Assembly: GCA_963804875.1 (NCBI GenBank)
Contig: CAWDRX010000003.1
Coordinates: 139,838 to 203,837 of the forward strand
Direction of reading: 5' to 3'
DNA length: 64,000 nt
Source: an uncultured Verrucomicrobiae bacterium
GTDB lineage: Bacteria > Verrucomicrobiota > Verrucomicrobiia > Chthoniobacterales > UBA10450
A model generated the notes under the pieces. The model was not told the origin of the DNA. It was given only the letters and a program-made list of their open reading frames with translations, and made no database searches. Shown here piece by piece: positions 44,147 through 54,659 of the stretch. The position numbers were made by a program, and so were the translations under genes. How positions within the stretch are numbered: the first letter of the stretch is position 1; each line of letters begins with the position of its first letter.

Positions 44147-44965
44147 GTGCTAAGTCACCGCATCCGCCCCGGCTCACCTGCATTGGCGCCGCATGTCGAG
44201 CATCTTTGGATAGTGCGCGGTTATCTGCCGACTCGCTGGCGCAACATGATTCTGCCGGACGGGGCGATGGAATTGATGATCAACCTGGGCGATCCCCAGA
44301 AGCTTTGTGCACTGGATAACCCGGCGAAGCATACGATTTTTCGCCGAAGCTGGATTTCAGGCGAGCGGACCACACCGATTGTGATCGATGAAATCGGATA
44401 CGTGCATCTGGTCGGCGTTCGGTTCCGGGCAGGCGGCGCGTGGCCGTTCCTCGGTATTCCGCTGCGCGAATTTACCGATCAGGTGGTGGGGTTAGACACA
44501 ATCATGGGCCGCGAGATTGAAGATCTGCGCGATGCGCTTTATGAAGCGCGGGATGACGATTCGCGATTTGATCTGCTAGAGTCGTGGCTTGTCCGCCGCG
44601 CGCGATCTCGCACGCAACCGACGCGGTCGGTCAGTTATGCCTTACGAATAATTCACGATGGATTGGACGCGGTGCGGATCGGCAGAATCGCAGACACGAT
44701 TGGGATCAGTCACAAGCATCTGCTCCGCGAGTTCGATCGCTGTGTTGGATTGACGCCAAAGTTGTTTGCCCGGCTCTGCGCGTTTCAACGTGTCATTCGA
44801 TCCGTCGGGCAAAAGCCGGAAGCGGATTGGGCGCGCACGGCAGCAGCGTGCGGTTATCACGATCAGGCTCATTTGATCCATGAATTTCGCGCGTTCAGTG
44901 GATTGACTCCGGCGGCCTATCTGACGAAGCGCGGCCCGTTTCTGAATTATCTCGAAGTCGAATAG
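44147..44965 (+). CDS. AraC-family transcriptional regulator.
   Basis: C-terminal double HTH (...GYHDQAHLIHEFRAFSGLTPAAY). Confidence 0.8.
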   Translation: MLSHRIRPGSPALAPHVEHLWIVRGYLPTRWRNMILPDGAMELMINLGDPQKLCALDNPAKHTIFRRSWISGERTTPIVIDEIGYVHLVGVRFRAGGAWPFLGIPLREFTDQVVGLDTIMGREIEDLRDALYEARDDDSRFDLLESWLVRRARSRTQPTRSVSYALRIIHDGLDAVRIGRIADTIGISHKHLLREFDRCVGLTPKLFARLCAFQRVIRSVGQKPEADWARTAAACGYHDQAHLIHEFRAFSGLTPAAYLTKRGPFLNYLEVE

Positions 44966-45037
44966 CGCGCCTGCGCGACGCTATAAATGTCAATTTTTTA
45001 CAATCCCGGCTCAGCGCGAGCTGGGAGAATACGATCC

Positions 45038-45574
45038 ATGAAACGAATGAAAATTCTTAAGATGGTTGCATTGGTCGCTGCAGGGGTAATCACGATTCTT
45101 GATGCTCACGGGCAAACATCCACGATGTCTGCGGCGACACTGGAACCGATTGCATTCCTGACGGCACATGAATGGGAGGCCCAGTTACCCGATTCGCCTG
45201 ACGGAAAGAAGAAAAAGATTCACGCTTCGTTTACGTGGACACAAAACCGTCAGGCCATTCGTATCAGCAACGAATTTGTCATGGACGGGAAGGCGAGTCC
45301 CTATATCGACGGGCTTTATGCGTGGGATCCGCAGCAACGCCTTATCGTCTTTTGGTATGTGGACGCAAAAGGAAGTCTGACGAAAGGAACAGTGAAAATG
45401 GAAAATGGAAAACTAGTCCATCAATTCCAGGAAACGGAGCCGGATGGAAAAACGGCGGATTACGTGGCGCGAATAACGCCGCAGGGAAATGAGGCGTGGG
45501 ATAACGAAATTTTCGCACAAGAAGGGAATGACCTGACGTCGGTGGCCAAGGTTCGGTACGAAATGGCCCGGTAA
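45038..45574 (+). CDS. Secreted hypothetical protein.
   Basis: Signal peptide MKRMKILKMVALVAAGVITILDAHG. Confidence 0.45.
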   Translation: MKRMKILKMVALVAAGVITILDAHGQTSTMSAATLEPIAFLTAHEWEAQLPDSPDGKKKKIHASFTWTQNRQAIRISNEFVMDGKASPYIDGLYAWDPQQRLIVFWYVDAKGSLTKGTVKMENGKLVHQFQETEPDGKTADYVARITPQGNEAWDNEIFAQEGNDLTSVAKVRYEMAR

Positions 45575-45828
45575 GATTTCTGGACACGACAGCAAGCGAT
45601 CGTTCCAGATCTGCTTCGCATCGGGATACGGACCACGAGTTCTCCTGGCGGATCCGCTGTTGATTGTCGGGCACGACCAATCTGGTGATTGGCCCGCATC
45701 GCGATGGTCAGCGCTGCGTTGCGCGAAAAGATGAAAAAGCTGACGGCATTCATGAACTTGAAAGCCAAGCCCGCCGCGCGTACATCGACGCGACCGTTTC
45801 TCACTCAGAACCCAAAGAAAAAACGTCT

Positions 45829-47010
45829 ATGAAAACAATCATCAAAACAGTCTATCTTGCAGTTATCGCGGTTTCGCTCACTTGCTTTACGGGTTTTCAA
45901 GCTCTCGGCGTTACCCCCCCGCCGGATGGAGGATATCCCGGTAAAAATACCGCTGAGGGTCAGGATGCTCTCTTCGGCCTAACGAACGGCAATGCAAATA
46001 CGGCCAACGGTTTTTCAGCGCTCAAGGCCAATACAAACGGTGACCGGAACACAGCCAACGGAGCGCTTGCGCTCTTTACCAATGTGATCGGCTCCGAGAA
46101 TACGGCCACCGGTTACGCAGCGCTCCTTTTCAATACCGGCTCTTGGAACACGGCCAACGGTGTTGCGGCACTGCACAGCAACGCAACTGGAGCCAACAAC
46201 ACGGCCATTGGTCTACGGGCGCTTCAGGACAATTTCAGCGGATCCAAAAACACGGCGAGCGGCGTTGGTGCGCTTGGTAGCAACACAACGGGTAGCAATA
46301 ACACAGCCGACGGTTTTCACGCCCTTCCTAGCAACACGACCGGCAGTTTCAACATCGCCCTGGGTAATAACGCTGGCAGCGGCGTAAGCACGGCTGACGA
46401 TGTTATTTGCATTGGAGCCGTGGGTGACGACGTGAGCCACAGCTGCTACATCGGCAACATTGTCAATCAACCGTCTCCTGCAGGGCTGGCAGTTTTCGTC
46501 AATTCCGATAACAAACTTGGGACGATTATGTCATCCAGGCGGTTTAAGGAAGACATTAAGCCAATGGACAAAGCCAGTGAAGCGATCCTGTCGCTTCAAC
46601 CAGTAACGTTCCGATACAAAAAGGACTTTGATCCGACAGGAACTGCGCAATTTGGTCTGGTCGCCGAGGACGTTGCCAAAGTGGATCCTGGTTTGGTTGT
46701 GCGCGACAAGGAAGGAAAACCGTACAGCGTGCGTTACGAGCAGGTGAACGCAATGTTGCTTAACGAGTTCCTTAAAGAGCGCAAAAAAGTTGAATCTCAA
46801 CAGGAGAAAATTGCGCAGCTAAAATGTGACGCGACAAAACAGGAAGCCGCCAGCATGGAATTGAAGTCAACCGTCGTTCAGCAGCAGAAAGCGATTGAGG
46901 TTCTCTCCGCTCAACTGCAAGAACAGGCGGTGCAAATCCAAAGAGTGAGCGCACAGCTCGCTGCTTCAAACGGCGAACTTGCGCCGAAAATGGTTTCGAA
47001 TCACGATTAG
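45829..47010 (+). CDS. Secreted tail-fibre-like protein. N-terminal NTA(x)G...AL repeats, a C-terminal peptidase-S74 (endosialidase intramolecular chaperone) domain, and a coiled coil.
   Basis: Signal peptide MKTIIKTVYLAVIAVSL. About 12 repeats of NTANG/NTATG. SSRRFKEDIKPMD...LQPVTFRYKKDFDPTG...GLVAEDVAKVDPGLV matches the S74 autoproteolytic chaperone domain. Confidence 0.65.
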   Translation: MKTIIKTVYLAVIAVSLTCFTGFQALGVTPPPDGGYPGKNTAEGQDALFGLTNGNANTANGFSALKANTNGDRNTANGALALFTNVIGSENTATGYAALLFNTGSWNTANGVAALHSNATGANNTAIGLRALQDNFSGSKNTASGVGALGSNTTGSNNTADGFHALPSNTTGSFNIALGNNAGSGVSTADDVICIGAVGDDVSHSCYIGNIVNQPSPAGLAVFVNSDNKLGTIMSSRRFKEDIKPMDKASEAILSLQPVTFRYKKDFDPTGTAQFGLVAEDVAKVDPGLVVRDKEGKPYSVRYEQVNAMLLNEFLKERKKVESQQEKIAQLKCDATKQEAASMELKSTVVQQQKAIEVLSAQLQEQAVQIQRVSAQLAASNGELAPKMVSNHD

Positions 47011-47188
47011 GAACTCAGGGACTTGTAGCCACGCTGCTGTGCGACCTCTCCGCCCGAACGCAGCCCGCGATTCCATTAGGTGAATTAGGAAAGCAGGAAG
47101 TCAGGAATTCAGGATTCGATGTTGGTTGTTCCCGCCGCGTTGGGTGAAGTCTGTTAGGCGTTGACGCTACACTCGCACTTCTTCCTTC

Positions 47189-48598
47189 TTACTTCGCCTT
47201 CGTGGCTGCTAGGGCTCGCGCTTTCACGAAAGCGCGCACCGAGCGTTCGACCTCCTTTGGCGTCGTAGCCCAATCGCAAACACTGATTCGGATGACCGCT
47301 CTTCCATGCCAGGTTGAGCCGCCACACCAGCATTCGCCGGAACTCTGAATGTTCTGTAGCGTGACCGTCGTAAGGGCGTCGTCGTCACATGAGGCGAGCA
47401 CCTGGTTAAAAACAACATCGTTGTGGATCTGAAATCCTTGCTCGGATAGAAGCCGGGCAAAGCTTCGCGCGTTTTCGCAAAGCTGTTCCACCAAGCGTCG
47501 CACTCCTTCCCGGCCTAAACTCTTGAGAACAGCCCAAAGTTCTATCACCCGCGCCCGGGCGGACATCGACGGACGAAAATTCATGCTGTCGCGGTGTTCG
47601 CTCCACTGAAAATAGGAAGCCGAAGCCTTGAACGCGCTCATCAACGCTTCGCGATGACGGCAGAGAATGATACCGCTGTCGTAGGGAACATTGAGCGTCT
47701 TGTGTGCATCGAGCGACCAGGAGTCCGCCATTTCGATCCCGTTGCAAGTTTTGCTCATCGATGGCAGCACGCGCGCCCAAAGCCCGAATGCGCCGTCTAC
47801 ATGAACCCACGAACCGGAAGCCTGCGCGTGCCTGCAGATTTGGCCGACGGGATCGATCGCTCCGGAATTTACGTTGCCGGCCTGGGTGACGACTAACGCC
47901 GCTTCATCCAGTTTCGGCATTCGATCGGCTCGCATGCGTCCCTGATCGTCCACAGGAACAAGTTCGACGTTTTCGGATCCGAGTCCTAGCATCGAAATCG
48001 ATTTGTGGACCGCTGCATGCGCATCGGCGCCGGCGACGATACGAATTTTTGGCGCACCGTAAAGACCCTTGCGGGCAACGTCCCATCCACGTCGACGAAG
48101 CAGTTCATTGCGACCGGCACAGAGGCCTGAGAAATTGGCGATTGTCGTTCCTGATACAAAACCGGCTGCAGTTTCTTCGGGCAAACCAAGCAACGAGACG
48201 ATCCAACGTTCGCAGACTTCTTCAAGACGCGAATTGATCGGCGACATGACGTAATGCGCAGTATTTTGGTCCCAGACATCGGCCATCCACCTGGCGGCGA
48301 GCCCGACCGGGAGAGCTCCGCCGTTCACGAAACCGAAGTATCTGCCGCCTGTTTGAGTGACGACAGCAGGCGCGCCGATTTCCTGGAGCTGATCGAGAAC
48401 CTGGAATGGGTCGCTCGGATTTTCAGGGAGCGGTTCGACAAGGGCTTGCATCGCTCGCAATGATTTTTCGCCTGGAAAAACCGGACGCTCGTCAAGACTG
48501 TCGATGTAATCCCCGGCAAACTGCCGCGCCTTGTCGAGCAACAATAGAAGCTTTTCATGATCCGCAATTCGACGCACGGACGTATGTTCGTTTGCCAT
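47189..48598 (-). CDS. Pyridoxal-dependent (group II) amino-acid decarboxylase.
   Basis: PLP-lysine motif SWSLDAHKTLNVPYD. Fold-type I layout. Confidence 0.8.
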   Translation of the reverse strand: MANEHTSVRRIADHEKLLLLLDKARQFAGDYIDSLDERPVFPGEKSLRAMQALVEPLPENPSDPFQVLDQLQEIGAPAVVTQTGGRYFGFVNGGALPVGLAARWMADVWDQNTAHYVMSPINSRLEEVCERWIVSLLGLPEETAAGFVSGTTIANFSGLCAGRNELLRRRGWDVARKGLYGAPKIRIVAGADAHAAVHKSISMLGLGSENVELVPVDDQGRMRADRMPKLDEAALVVTQAGNVNSGAIDPVGQICRHAQASGSWVHVDGAFGLWARVLPSMSKTCNGIEMADSWSLDAHKTLNVPYDSGIILCRHREALMSAFKASASYFQWSEHRDSMNFRPSMSARARVIELWAVLKSLGREGVRRLVEQLCENARSFARLLSEQGFQIHNDVVFNQVLASCDDDALTTVTLQNIQSSGECWCGGSTWHGRAVIRISVCDWATTPKEVERSVRAFVKARALAATKAK

Positions 48599-48791
48599 CA
48601 TATCGTCGAAAATAAGTTGTCATATCGACGCCGTCTAATTCGCCCCGCTTGCTCTCAGAAGCGGCCACAATTGAAGTCAACGCGTTCCGAGCAACTGCCA
48701 ATCTTTTTCTATTTCGAGAAAAATCTGGTCAATTGTGAGAGGCCTGCGCATACTCGGCGACTTTCTGCAGGTAAACGACGGAGGGAAAATT

Positions 48792-49052
48792 ATGATTCAC
48801 TTAATCTGGTACATTGTTGTTGGGTTGGTCGCCGGGATAATCGCGAAATCGGTCATGCACGTGCACATGACGATTTTCTGGACAATCGTGCTCGGCATCA
48901 TCGGATCGATCATCGGCGGTGCCGTTACTCACCTGTTTTCGCCGCCAACCGGACGATTTCATCCCGCTGGCATCATTTTTTCCACACTTGGCGCGATCCT
49001 GATTCTCTACGTTTGTATCAAGCTGAAGATTCACTTTCCCCGTGTTGTCTAA
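48792..49052 (+). CDS. GlsB/YeaQ/YmgE-family stress-response membrane protein (transglycosylase-associated protein).
   Basis: MIHLIWYIVVGLVAGIIAK... pattern. SD GGAGGG lies upstream of the internal Met. Confidence 0.75.
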   Translation: MIHLIWYIVVGLVAGIIAKSVMHVHMTIFWTIVLGIIGSIIGGAVTHLFSPPTGRFHPAGIIFSTLGAILILYVCIKLKIHFPRVV

Positions 49053-49149
49053 CCGAGAGGGAGGAAAATTGTAACCGCGGTCGTTGGTCGCGGCCTCCTA
49101 ATGTTGAGGCGCAGAACTCCTCAACACTCAGCCACGAACTTCTTCTTCT

Positions 49150-51132
49150 TTAGGGCGCGTTCACCGTATCGGTGACGCTTTCCCATTCCGCCGTGAGCCG
49201 GGCAAGATCGTGGGACAAAGCGGAGAGATCCCGATTGATCGCGATGGCGCGACCGCCCGGCGCATAAGTCGCCGGATCTTCCAGCGCCGCTGTTAGTTCT
49301 TTCTGTTGCCGTTCCAATGCCGCGATTTTCGTCTCGAGCTCGTGCACCCGCTTTTCTTTTTCGCGCCGCGCTTTGGCAATCGCGTTACGCGCTTCTGCTT
49401 CGAGACGCTTCTGTTCCTTTTGTTTTCTTGAACTCGAGCCGTTTTCTTTTCCGATCTCCGGCTGGATTTTGCTTGCCGTAGCAACACCATTGACCTCTGA
49501 CGCGGCGCGGCCCTCGGTCAGAGCGGTCCGCGCGGACGTGGCCTTTGATTTGTCCAGATAGTAATCGTAATCCCCGGGATAAAATGCCAGTTTACCACCC
49601 GTGCGGTTCGCACCTGCAGTCACGTGCAAAACGCTTGTAGCGATGGCGCGGATAAAATGAACGTCGTGACTAATAAAGATGAGCGTCCCATGGTATTGCT
49701 TGAGCGCGCCGATGAGTGCGTCGATCGAGCCGACATCGAGATGTGTCGTCGGCTCGTCCATGAGCAGAAGGTTCGGCGGATCGAGCAGTAACCTGACAAG
49801 GGCCAGTCGCGATTTTTCGCCACCGCTCAAAACTGAGACAGTTTTGAAAACATCGTCGCCACGGAACAAAAAAGAGCCGAGCACAGTGCGCGCGGTTTGT
49901 TCGGATACGGGATTAGGCATGTCTCGCGCGCTCTCGAGAACGGTATGGCTCGCGTTGAGCACGTCGATTCGGTTCTGCGAGAAATAACCTGTGCGCACAT
50001 TATGTCCGAGTTCGCGCACGCCATTCTGCACGGGCAATACCCCGGCTAGCAGCTTGAGAAGAGTGGATTTCCCTGCGCCATTCGGCCCGACGAGCACGGT
50101 GCGTTGAGCGCGCTCGGCTTGATATTGCAGTCCGCGATAAACAACCAGGTCGCCGTAGGCGTGATCGACATCTTTTAACGTGATCACGCGCAGACCGCTG
50201 CGCACCGGTTGCGGGAAATGGAACTTGATCGTTTTTCCGCGCGCGACCGGAGCCGCGATTTTTTTCATGCGATCGATCTGTTTCAGTTTGCTCTGTGCTT
50301 GCGACGCTTTGCTGGCCTTGGCGCGAAATCGATCGGCAAACAATTGCAGCGCCGCGATTTCTTTCTGTTGATTTTTGTAAGCGGCGAACTGTTGTTCTTC
50401 GCGCGCTGTTTTCTCTTCGACGTAATTGTCCCAATTGCCGCGATAACGCACCAGTTTGGAGTGCGCGATCTCGATGATGCTGCTGACAAGCTGATTCAAA
50501 AATTCGCGATCGTGCGAGATCATGGCAATCGCGCCTGGATAAGTTCGCAAATATTCCTGGAACCATTGAAGCGATTCGAGATCGAGATGATTCGTCGGTT
50601 CGTCGAGCAGAAGGAGATCGGGTTCCATCACGAGCAACCGCGCCAGATGAGCGCGCATGATCCAGCCGCCACTTAAAGCCCTCGCTGGGCGATCGAAATC
50701 AGTTTCGCGAAAAGCGAGTCCGGCCAGGACCCGTTTTGCTTTTGGTTCGAGCTCCCACCCGCCGTGCTCATCAAAAACATGAAGCGCATTGTGATAGGCT
50801 GCGTCGTCCGCTCCGTGCCCGGCTTCGTGCTCCTTAATCACTTTCTGCGCGTGCACCAGTTCGGGTGAAACGGCGAGCGCAAGTTCGAGCACCGTTTCGT
50901 CTCCGGCGGCGGCGGTTTCCTGCGGAAGAAATCCGATCGTGGCGTTCTTCTCGATCGCGATCGTTCCCTTATCAGGCGAGACATCACCGAGAAGGAGCGC
51001 AAACAATGTGGATTTCCCGGCCCCATTCGGGCCGACCAATCCGATCCGATCCCCGCGATTAACCTGGAGCGACACGTCGTCAAACAGCGCCCGGCCGGCG
51101 AAAGATTTTGAAAGTTGTGAAACGGTGAGCAT
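49150..51132 (-). CDS. ABC-F family ATPase (two ABC domains plus a C-terminal coiled coil; Uup/EttA-like).
   Basis: Two Walker A motifs (GPNGAGKST twice), two signature motifs (LSGG) and the inter-domain linker. Start set at MLTVSQLSKSF. Confidence 0.85.
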   Translation of the reverse strand: MLTVSQLSKSFAGRALFDDVSLQVNRGDRIGLVGPNGAGKSTLFALLLGDVSPDKGTIAIEKNATIGFLPQETAAAGDETVLELALAVSPELVHAQKVIKEHEAGHGADDAAYHNALHVFDEHGGWELEPKAKRVLAGLAFRETDFDRPARALSGGWIMRAHLARLLVMEPDLLLLDEPTNHLDLESLQWFQEYLRTYPGAIAMISHDREFLNQLVSSIIEIAHSKLVRYRGNWDNYVEEKTAREEQQFAAYKNQQKEIAALQLFADRFRAKASKASQAQSKLKQIDRMKKIAAPVARGKTIKFHFPQPVRSGLRVITLKDVDHAYGDLVVYRGLQYQAERAQRTVLVGPNGAGKSTLLKLLAGVLPVQNGVRELGHNVRTGYFSQNRIDVLNASHTVLESARDMPNPVSEQTARTVLGSFLFRGDDVFKTVSVLSGGEKSRLALVRLLLDPPNLLLMDEPTTHLDVGSIDALIGALKQYHGTLIFISHDVHFIRAIATSVLHVTAGANRTGGKLAFYPGDYDYYLDKSKATSARTALTEGRAASEVNGVATASKIQPEIGKENGSSSRKQKEQKRLEAEARNAIAKARREKEKRVHELETKIAALERQQKELTAALEDPATYAPGGRAIAINRDLSALSHDLARLTAEWESVTDTVNAP

Positions 51133-51290
51133 TCCGAGAACGCGCAGTGTCCCCCTGTTCGATGCCCGGTGCAACCGTCAGTTGCGTGCCACGCCATAGC
51201 CTTCGGCGACGGCGGGTCGCTCCTCAAATCAAACGAAGGTGGATTGTCGCATCAGCCTGGTTGCTGATACTGACTACTGATCCTGATCCC

Positions 51291-53549
51291 TTACCGCGGC
51301 GGCGGGCGCAGTCGCGGAGTCGGGCGTGGTCTCGGTGTTGCTCTTGGGGTAGCGGTAGGTGTCGGTGTAGGCGTGGCTGTTGGGGTTGAGGTTGGAGTCA
51401 CTGTTGGAGTAGCGGTAGGCTGAGGCGTTGCAGTAGGTGTAACCGTCGGAGTTGGAGTAACTGTCGGTGTGGCAGTTGGAGTTGGTGTGGGTGTTCCCGA
51501 GGGCTGGCCAGTCATGATTTGCACAACACCTTCGCTCATGGCGCTGGCCCAAAGATTGCCGTTGCCATCGAATTCCACTGCTACCACCTGCCAGTGAGTC
51601 AATGGCGAATTCTCCGGAGTGTAATGAGTCCAGGTCGTGCCATTGAAGGTGCTGACGCCGCCGGTGTATGGAAACGTGCTGCCTTGATTGCTTGCGATAG
51701 CGATAAGTCCATCGCTTGAACGTCGCGCCACATCAGAGACAACGGTGCCGGGCATTCCCGTATTGGCCTGGTTGTAAAGCGTCCAAGTCGTACCGTCGAA
51801 TCGCGCGAACCCCTCATAAGTGCCCACCCAGATGCCGCCGTTGGGATCCGCCTCCACGTCTGTCATTCCGGCGCTCGTAAGAGGTGTATTGGTCGTGTCG
51901 TATAAGGTGAAAGTGGTGTTGTTTCCCGCTTCAAATTTCCGCAGACCATATTCCGAGGCCACCCACAAGTTGTTGTTGGTATCGACCGTCATGGATCTTA
52001 CGTTGTTGGGGCTGTAGCTATAGCCACCCGGACTGAGCGTTACGTGATTCCAGTTAATGCCGTCGAACCAGAAAACGCCCGAGCCACCAGAGCCCACCCA
52101 TGTCGTGCCTGCGCGTTTAGTGATAGCATAGTGGCCAGAAGTATCGAGGTTTGAGTTCTGCCAATTCCAAAAGCCGGTAAATTGACCCGTGGCAGAATCC
52201 CACCGGCCGACGCCGTTGCCGCCCATCCAGAAGATGCCGCCGGTGTCTTCGAAGACCGAATACATCGGCTCATTTCCCGCCCACGGATAAGGTTCCGAGA
52301 GATCATTGTGATTCCCCCAGTTACGCCAGTGCGTGGCAGCATCCGGGGCCCCGTCACTGCCTAACATGCGTGAAAGCCCGCCTTCTCCACAGGCGAACCA
52401 CATGTTGCCGGTACTGTCGCGTTTGATTCGATCGATGAAGTAATCCGGCAAGCCGCTGTTGAAGGTGTTCATGCGCGAAAGCAACTGGCCGTTGACAGTG
52501 TAATGGCGGACTGTGCCGAGCGTGCCGTTGCCACCGTAATTGCTGATCCAAATGTCTCCGTTAGGCCGGCCAATCACACTTCGCGGGATATTGTCCGCAT
52601 CCACAAAGAAGACCGGATTGTTGTTGATCATTTTGTAAATGCCGCCGTACCAGGTGGAGACGTAAACGACGCTGTCCCGATCTGTGCCCAAACCGGTTAT
52701 CGTCATAGTGCCGCCCACCTCCGGCCAGTTCTGCCAACTCGATCCATTCCATTTGAAGAGGCCGTACTGCGAGCTGGTGACCCAGATGTTGCCCTGGACG
52801 TCCGCGAGCATTGCGTCCATTTGGAAGAGCGAATCGTGCAGTACCCAGGAAGTGCCGTTGAATTCCGCCATTCCGCCGAGCACCGAGTGCGTCAGCCAGA
52901 CGTGATCGTTAGCGCCGACGATTACGGCGTTCACATTGTACCACGGCGGAGTCCACGGTAATTCCTGGCCCACTCGATACTGAGTCCACACGTGGGTTGT
53001 CGGATTGAACCGAAACAGTGCGCCGTTTGATGACTGCACGCTGACGTTGGTTAGCCACAGGTTGCCGTGACTGTCCAGCGCGAGCGAGTGGACGTCATTG
53101 AGGATTAATGGCGAGTTGGCCGGAGTGTAAGTGAACCACATCTGCTCTTCTGTCGGCGCCGCCGGATCAAATCGCGTTAAGCCACCGTCGCTTGCGATCC
53201 AGATTACACCACCCGCCCCGAACGCCATGTCATTGATGTAAGGCGAGGGAATCGGATGATGCACGCTCGACCAAACCTTCCACGCGCCGGTGTCGAACCC
53301 GCCGCCGGGCAATGGGTGATGAGCGAGTTGATCGGCCGATAGCATCCCCAGAGCAGCTTCGCCCCAAAAATAAAACCGCCCGGCGGCCCATAAATTGCCT
53401 GCCGGATCAAATTTCATGACCCTCACTTCTTCACCCGGCACGCCAGTCGTGCTCGGCTTAACGATATTGAACTGGGGTAAGGTCTGCGCGCCGGCGCTCG
53501 CCCAGAACACAGTCAATAAGACGAGACTGAACAATCGAGCGTACTTCAC
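51291..53549 (-). CDS. Secreted two-component-regulator-type beta-propeller (Reg_prop-like ligand-binding sensor domain) protein with a C-terminal Pro/Thr tail that ends Arg/Pro-rich.
   Basis: Signal peptide. Repeated NxW(I/V)G(T/S)xxGL blades. Tail ...[17 protein letters not shown]...RATPRPRPTPRLRPPPR. Confidence 0.65.
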   Translation of the reverse strand: MKYARLFSLVLLTVFWASAGAQTLPQFNIVKPSTTGVPGEEVRVMKFDPAGNLWAAGRFYFWGEAALGMLSADQLAHHPLPGGGFDTGAWKVWSSVHHPIPSPYINDMAFGAGGVIWIASDGGLTRFDPAAPTEEQMWFTYTPANSPLILNDVHSLALDSHGNLWLTNVSVQSSNGALFRFNPTTHVWTQYRVGQELPWTPPWYNVNAVIVGANDHVWLTHSVLGGMAEFNGTSWVLHDSLFQMDAMLADVQGNIWVTSSQYGLFKWNGSSWQNWPEVGGTMTITGLGTDRDSVVYVSTWYGGIYKMINNNPVFFVDADNIPRSVIGRPNGDIWISNYGGNGTLGTVRHYTVNGQLLSRMNTFNSGLPDYFIDRIKRDSTGNMWFACGEGGLSRMLGSDGAPDAATHWRNWGNHNDLSEPYPWAGNEPMYSVFEDTGGIFWMGGNGVGRWDSATGQFTGFWNWQNSNLDTSGHYAITKRAGTTWVGSGGSGVFWFDGINWNHVTLSPGGYSYSPNNVRSMTVDTNNNLWVASEYGLRKFEAGNNTTFTLYDTTNTPLTSAGMTDVEADPNGGIWVGTYEGFARFDGTTWTLYNQANTGMPGTVVSDVARRSSDGLIAIASNQGSTFPYTGGVSTFNGTTWTHYTPENSPLTHWQVVAVEFDGNGNLWASAMSEGVVQIMTGQPSGTPTPTPTATPTVTPTPTVTPTATPQPTATPTVTPTSTPTATPTPTPTATPRATPRPRPTPRLRPPPR

Positions 53550-54091
53550 GCAATTTTTCCTACGATATTGAGCTTCTGTTTTGCTCGTTGTTCGTACCTG
53601 GCAATTATCTCTTTCAGTTGCGTCAGACGTGCCTCGGCTCGTTTTGTGAAATACGGATTGTTTTCATAATTTTTCTCCCCCGAATGTTGAACTGCATTAA
53701 CTGCAATCCAGTTCCGCGTGGAACCAGGGAACCACCCTCACGAGGCGCTTTGAAGAACCGGCCTCACATTGGCTGACTCGGGGCTCCAGTTGAATCTGGA
53801 GATCGCGCTAAACGGTGTCTCAGCGAAGATCCAGCCCCGGCGGGTGTTAGTCGTGCCGAAAGTAAGTTGAAGCGTCGGATGACGTAATCGACTTCCTTCT
53901 TAATCCGTTTCCTAACGAATGTCGAGCGTAACTTGCAACTGGAATGGTTACAGCATTGTTACTTTTCCGCGAAAAACGAGAATTGCCTCTGATTCCCCTG
54001 TAACTGCGCAGTTGGTATTCAATGCGACTGTTCAATTGGAACGGCCAAAACGGGAACGAAAATACCGCAGTTGATTCGTTAGGCCACGGAA

Positions 54092-54156
54092 AGCGCCCGG
54101 CCGGCGAAGATTTTTAAAGTTGAGATACCGATGAGCATCGCGAGAACGCGCACTGT
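54092..54156. repeat. Degenerate duplicate (about 85% identity) of the 5' UTR and first ~13 codons of the ABC-F gene (compare 51086..51150). Likely a gene-fragment remnant.
   Basis: agcgcccggccggcgaa(a)gattttNaaagttgNgaNacNgNgagcatNNcgagaacgcgcaNtgt occurs at both loci in the same orientation. Copy B would encode MLIGISTLKIFAGRALSVA then a stop. Confidence 0.5.
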
Positions 54157-54249
54157 TCACCTGGCAGCACGTTCCGCCCAATTTGGACTCAAGGCGCACA
54201 ATCCCTTTCGCGGATTGCTTGCGACCGGTTTGCGCAGCTAACCCAATCA

Positions 54250-54659
54250 ATGGAATCTGCCGCGTCCCCGTCCGATCCAGCTGACGTCGAGTCGATCCAC
54301 GCGATCATCACGGCGGCTTACGACGAAATTTTAGGCCCGACTGGAAAGAAGGGCGATTGGGATCGCGAGCGCTCTTTGTACTTTCCAGGTGCACGTTTCC
54401 AACCGCGATGAAGGCTGAAGGCCCGCCTTCAACAGGCTCCGGCGTGGCAGTAGAGAAGGTCGGTCTCGCGCCGCAGATTTTGGACATCGACGGATTCATC
54501 GCGCGGGTCGAACCGTTCTTTAAGGAGAATGGCTTCTACGAAAAGAATCGCGCGGTGCAGCGAACAATTTGGCAACAACGCCCGTGTCTGGAGTATTCCG
54601 ATTGCACAGCGCTACCCACCCGCCGAAACGCGAATCGCGCGATCGATTGCCTGAGTTAA
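54250..54659 (+). CDS. Possible small NTF2-like protein, interrupted by a frameshift. Low confidence.
   Basis: Frame 1 reads MESAASPSDPADVESIHAIITAAYDEILGPTGKKGDWDRERSLYFPGARFQP then a stop. An adjacent frame continues as ...KAEGPPSTGSGVAVEKVGLAPQILDIDGFIARVEPFFKENGFYEKNRAVQRTIWQQ... Confidence 0.3.
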
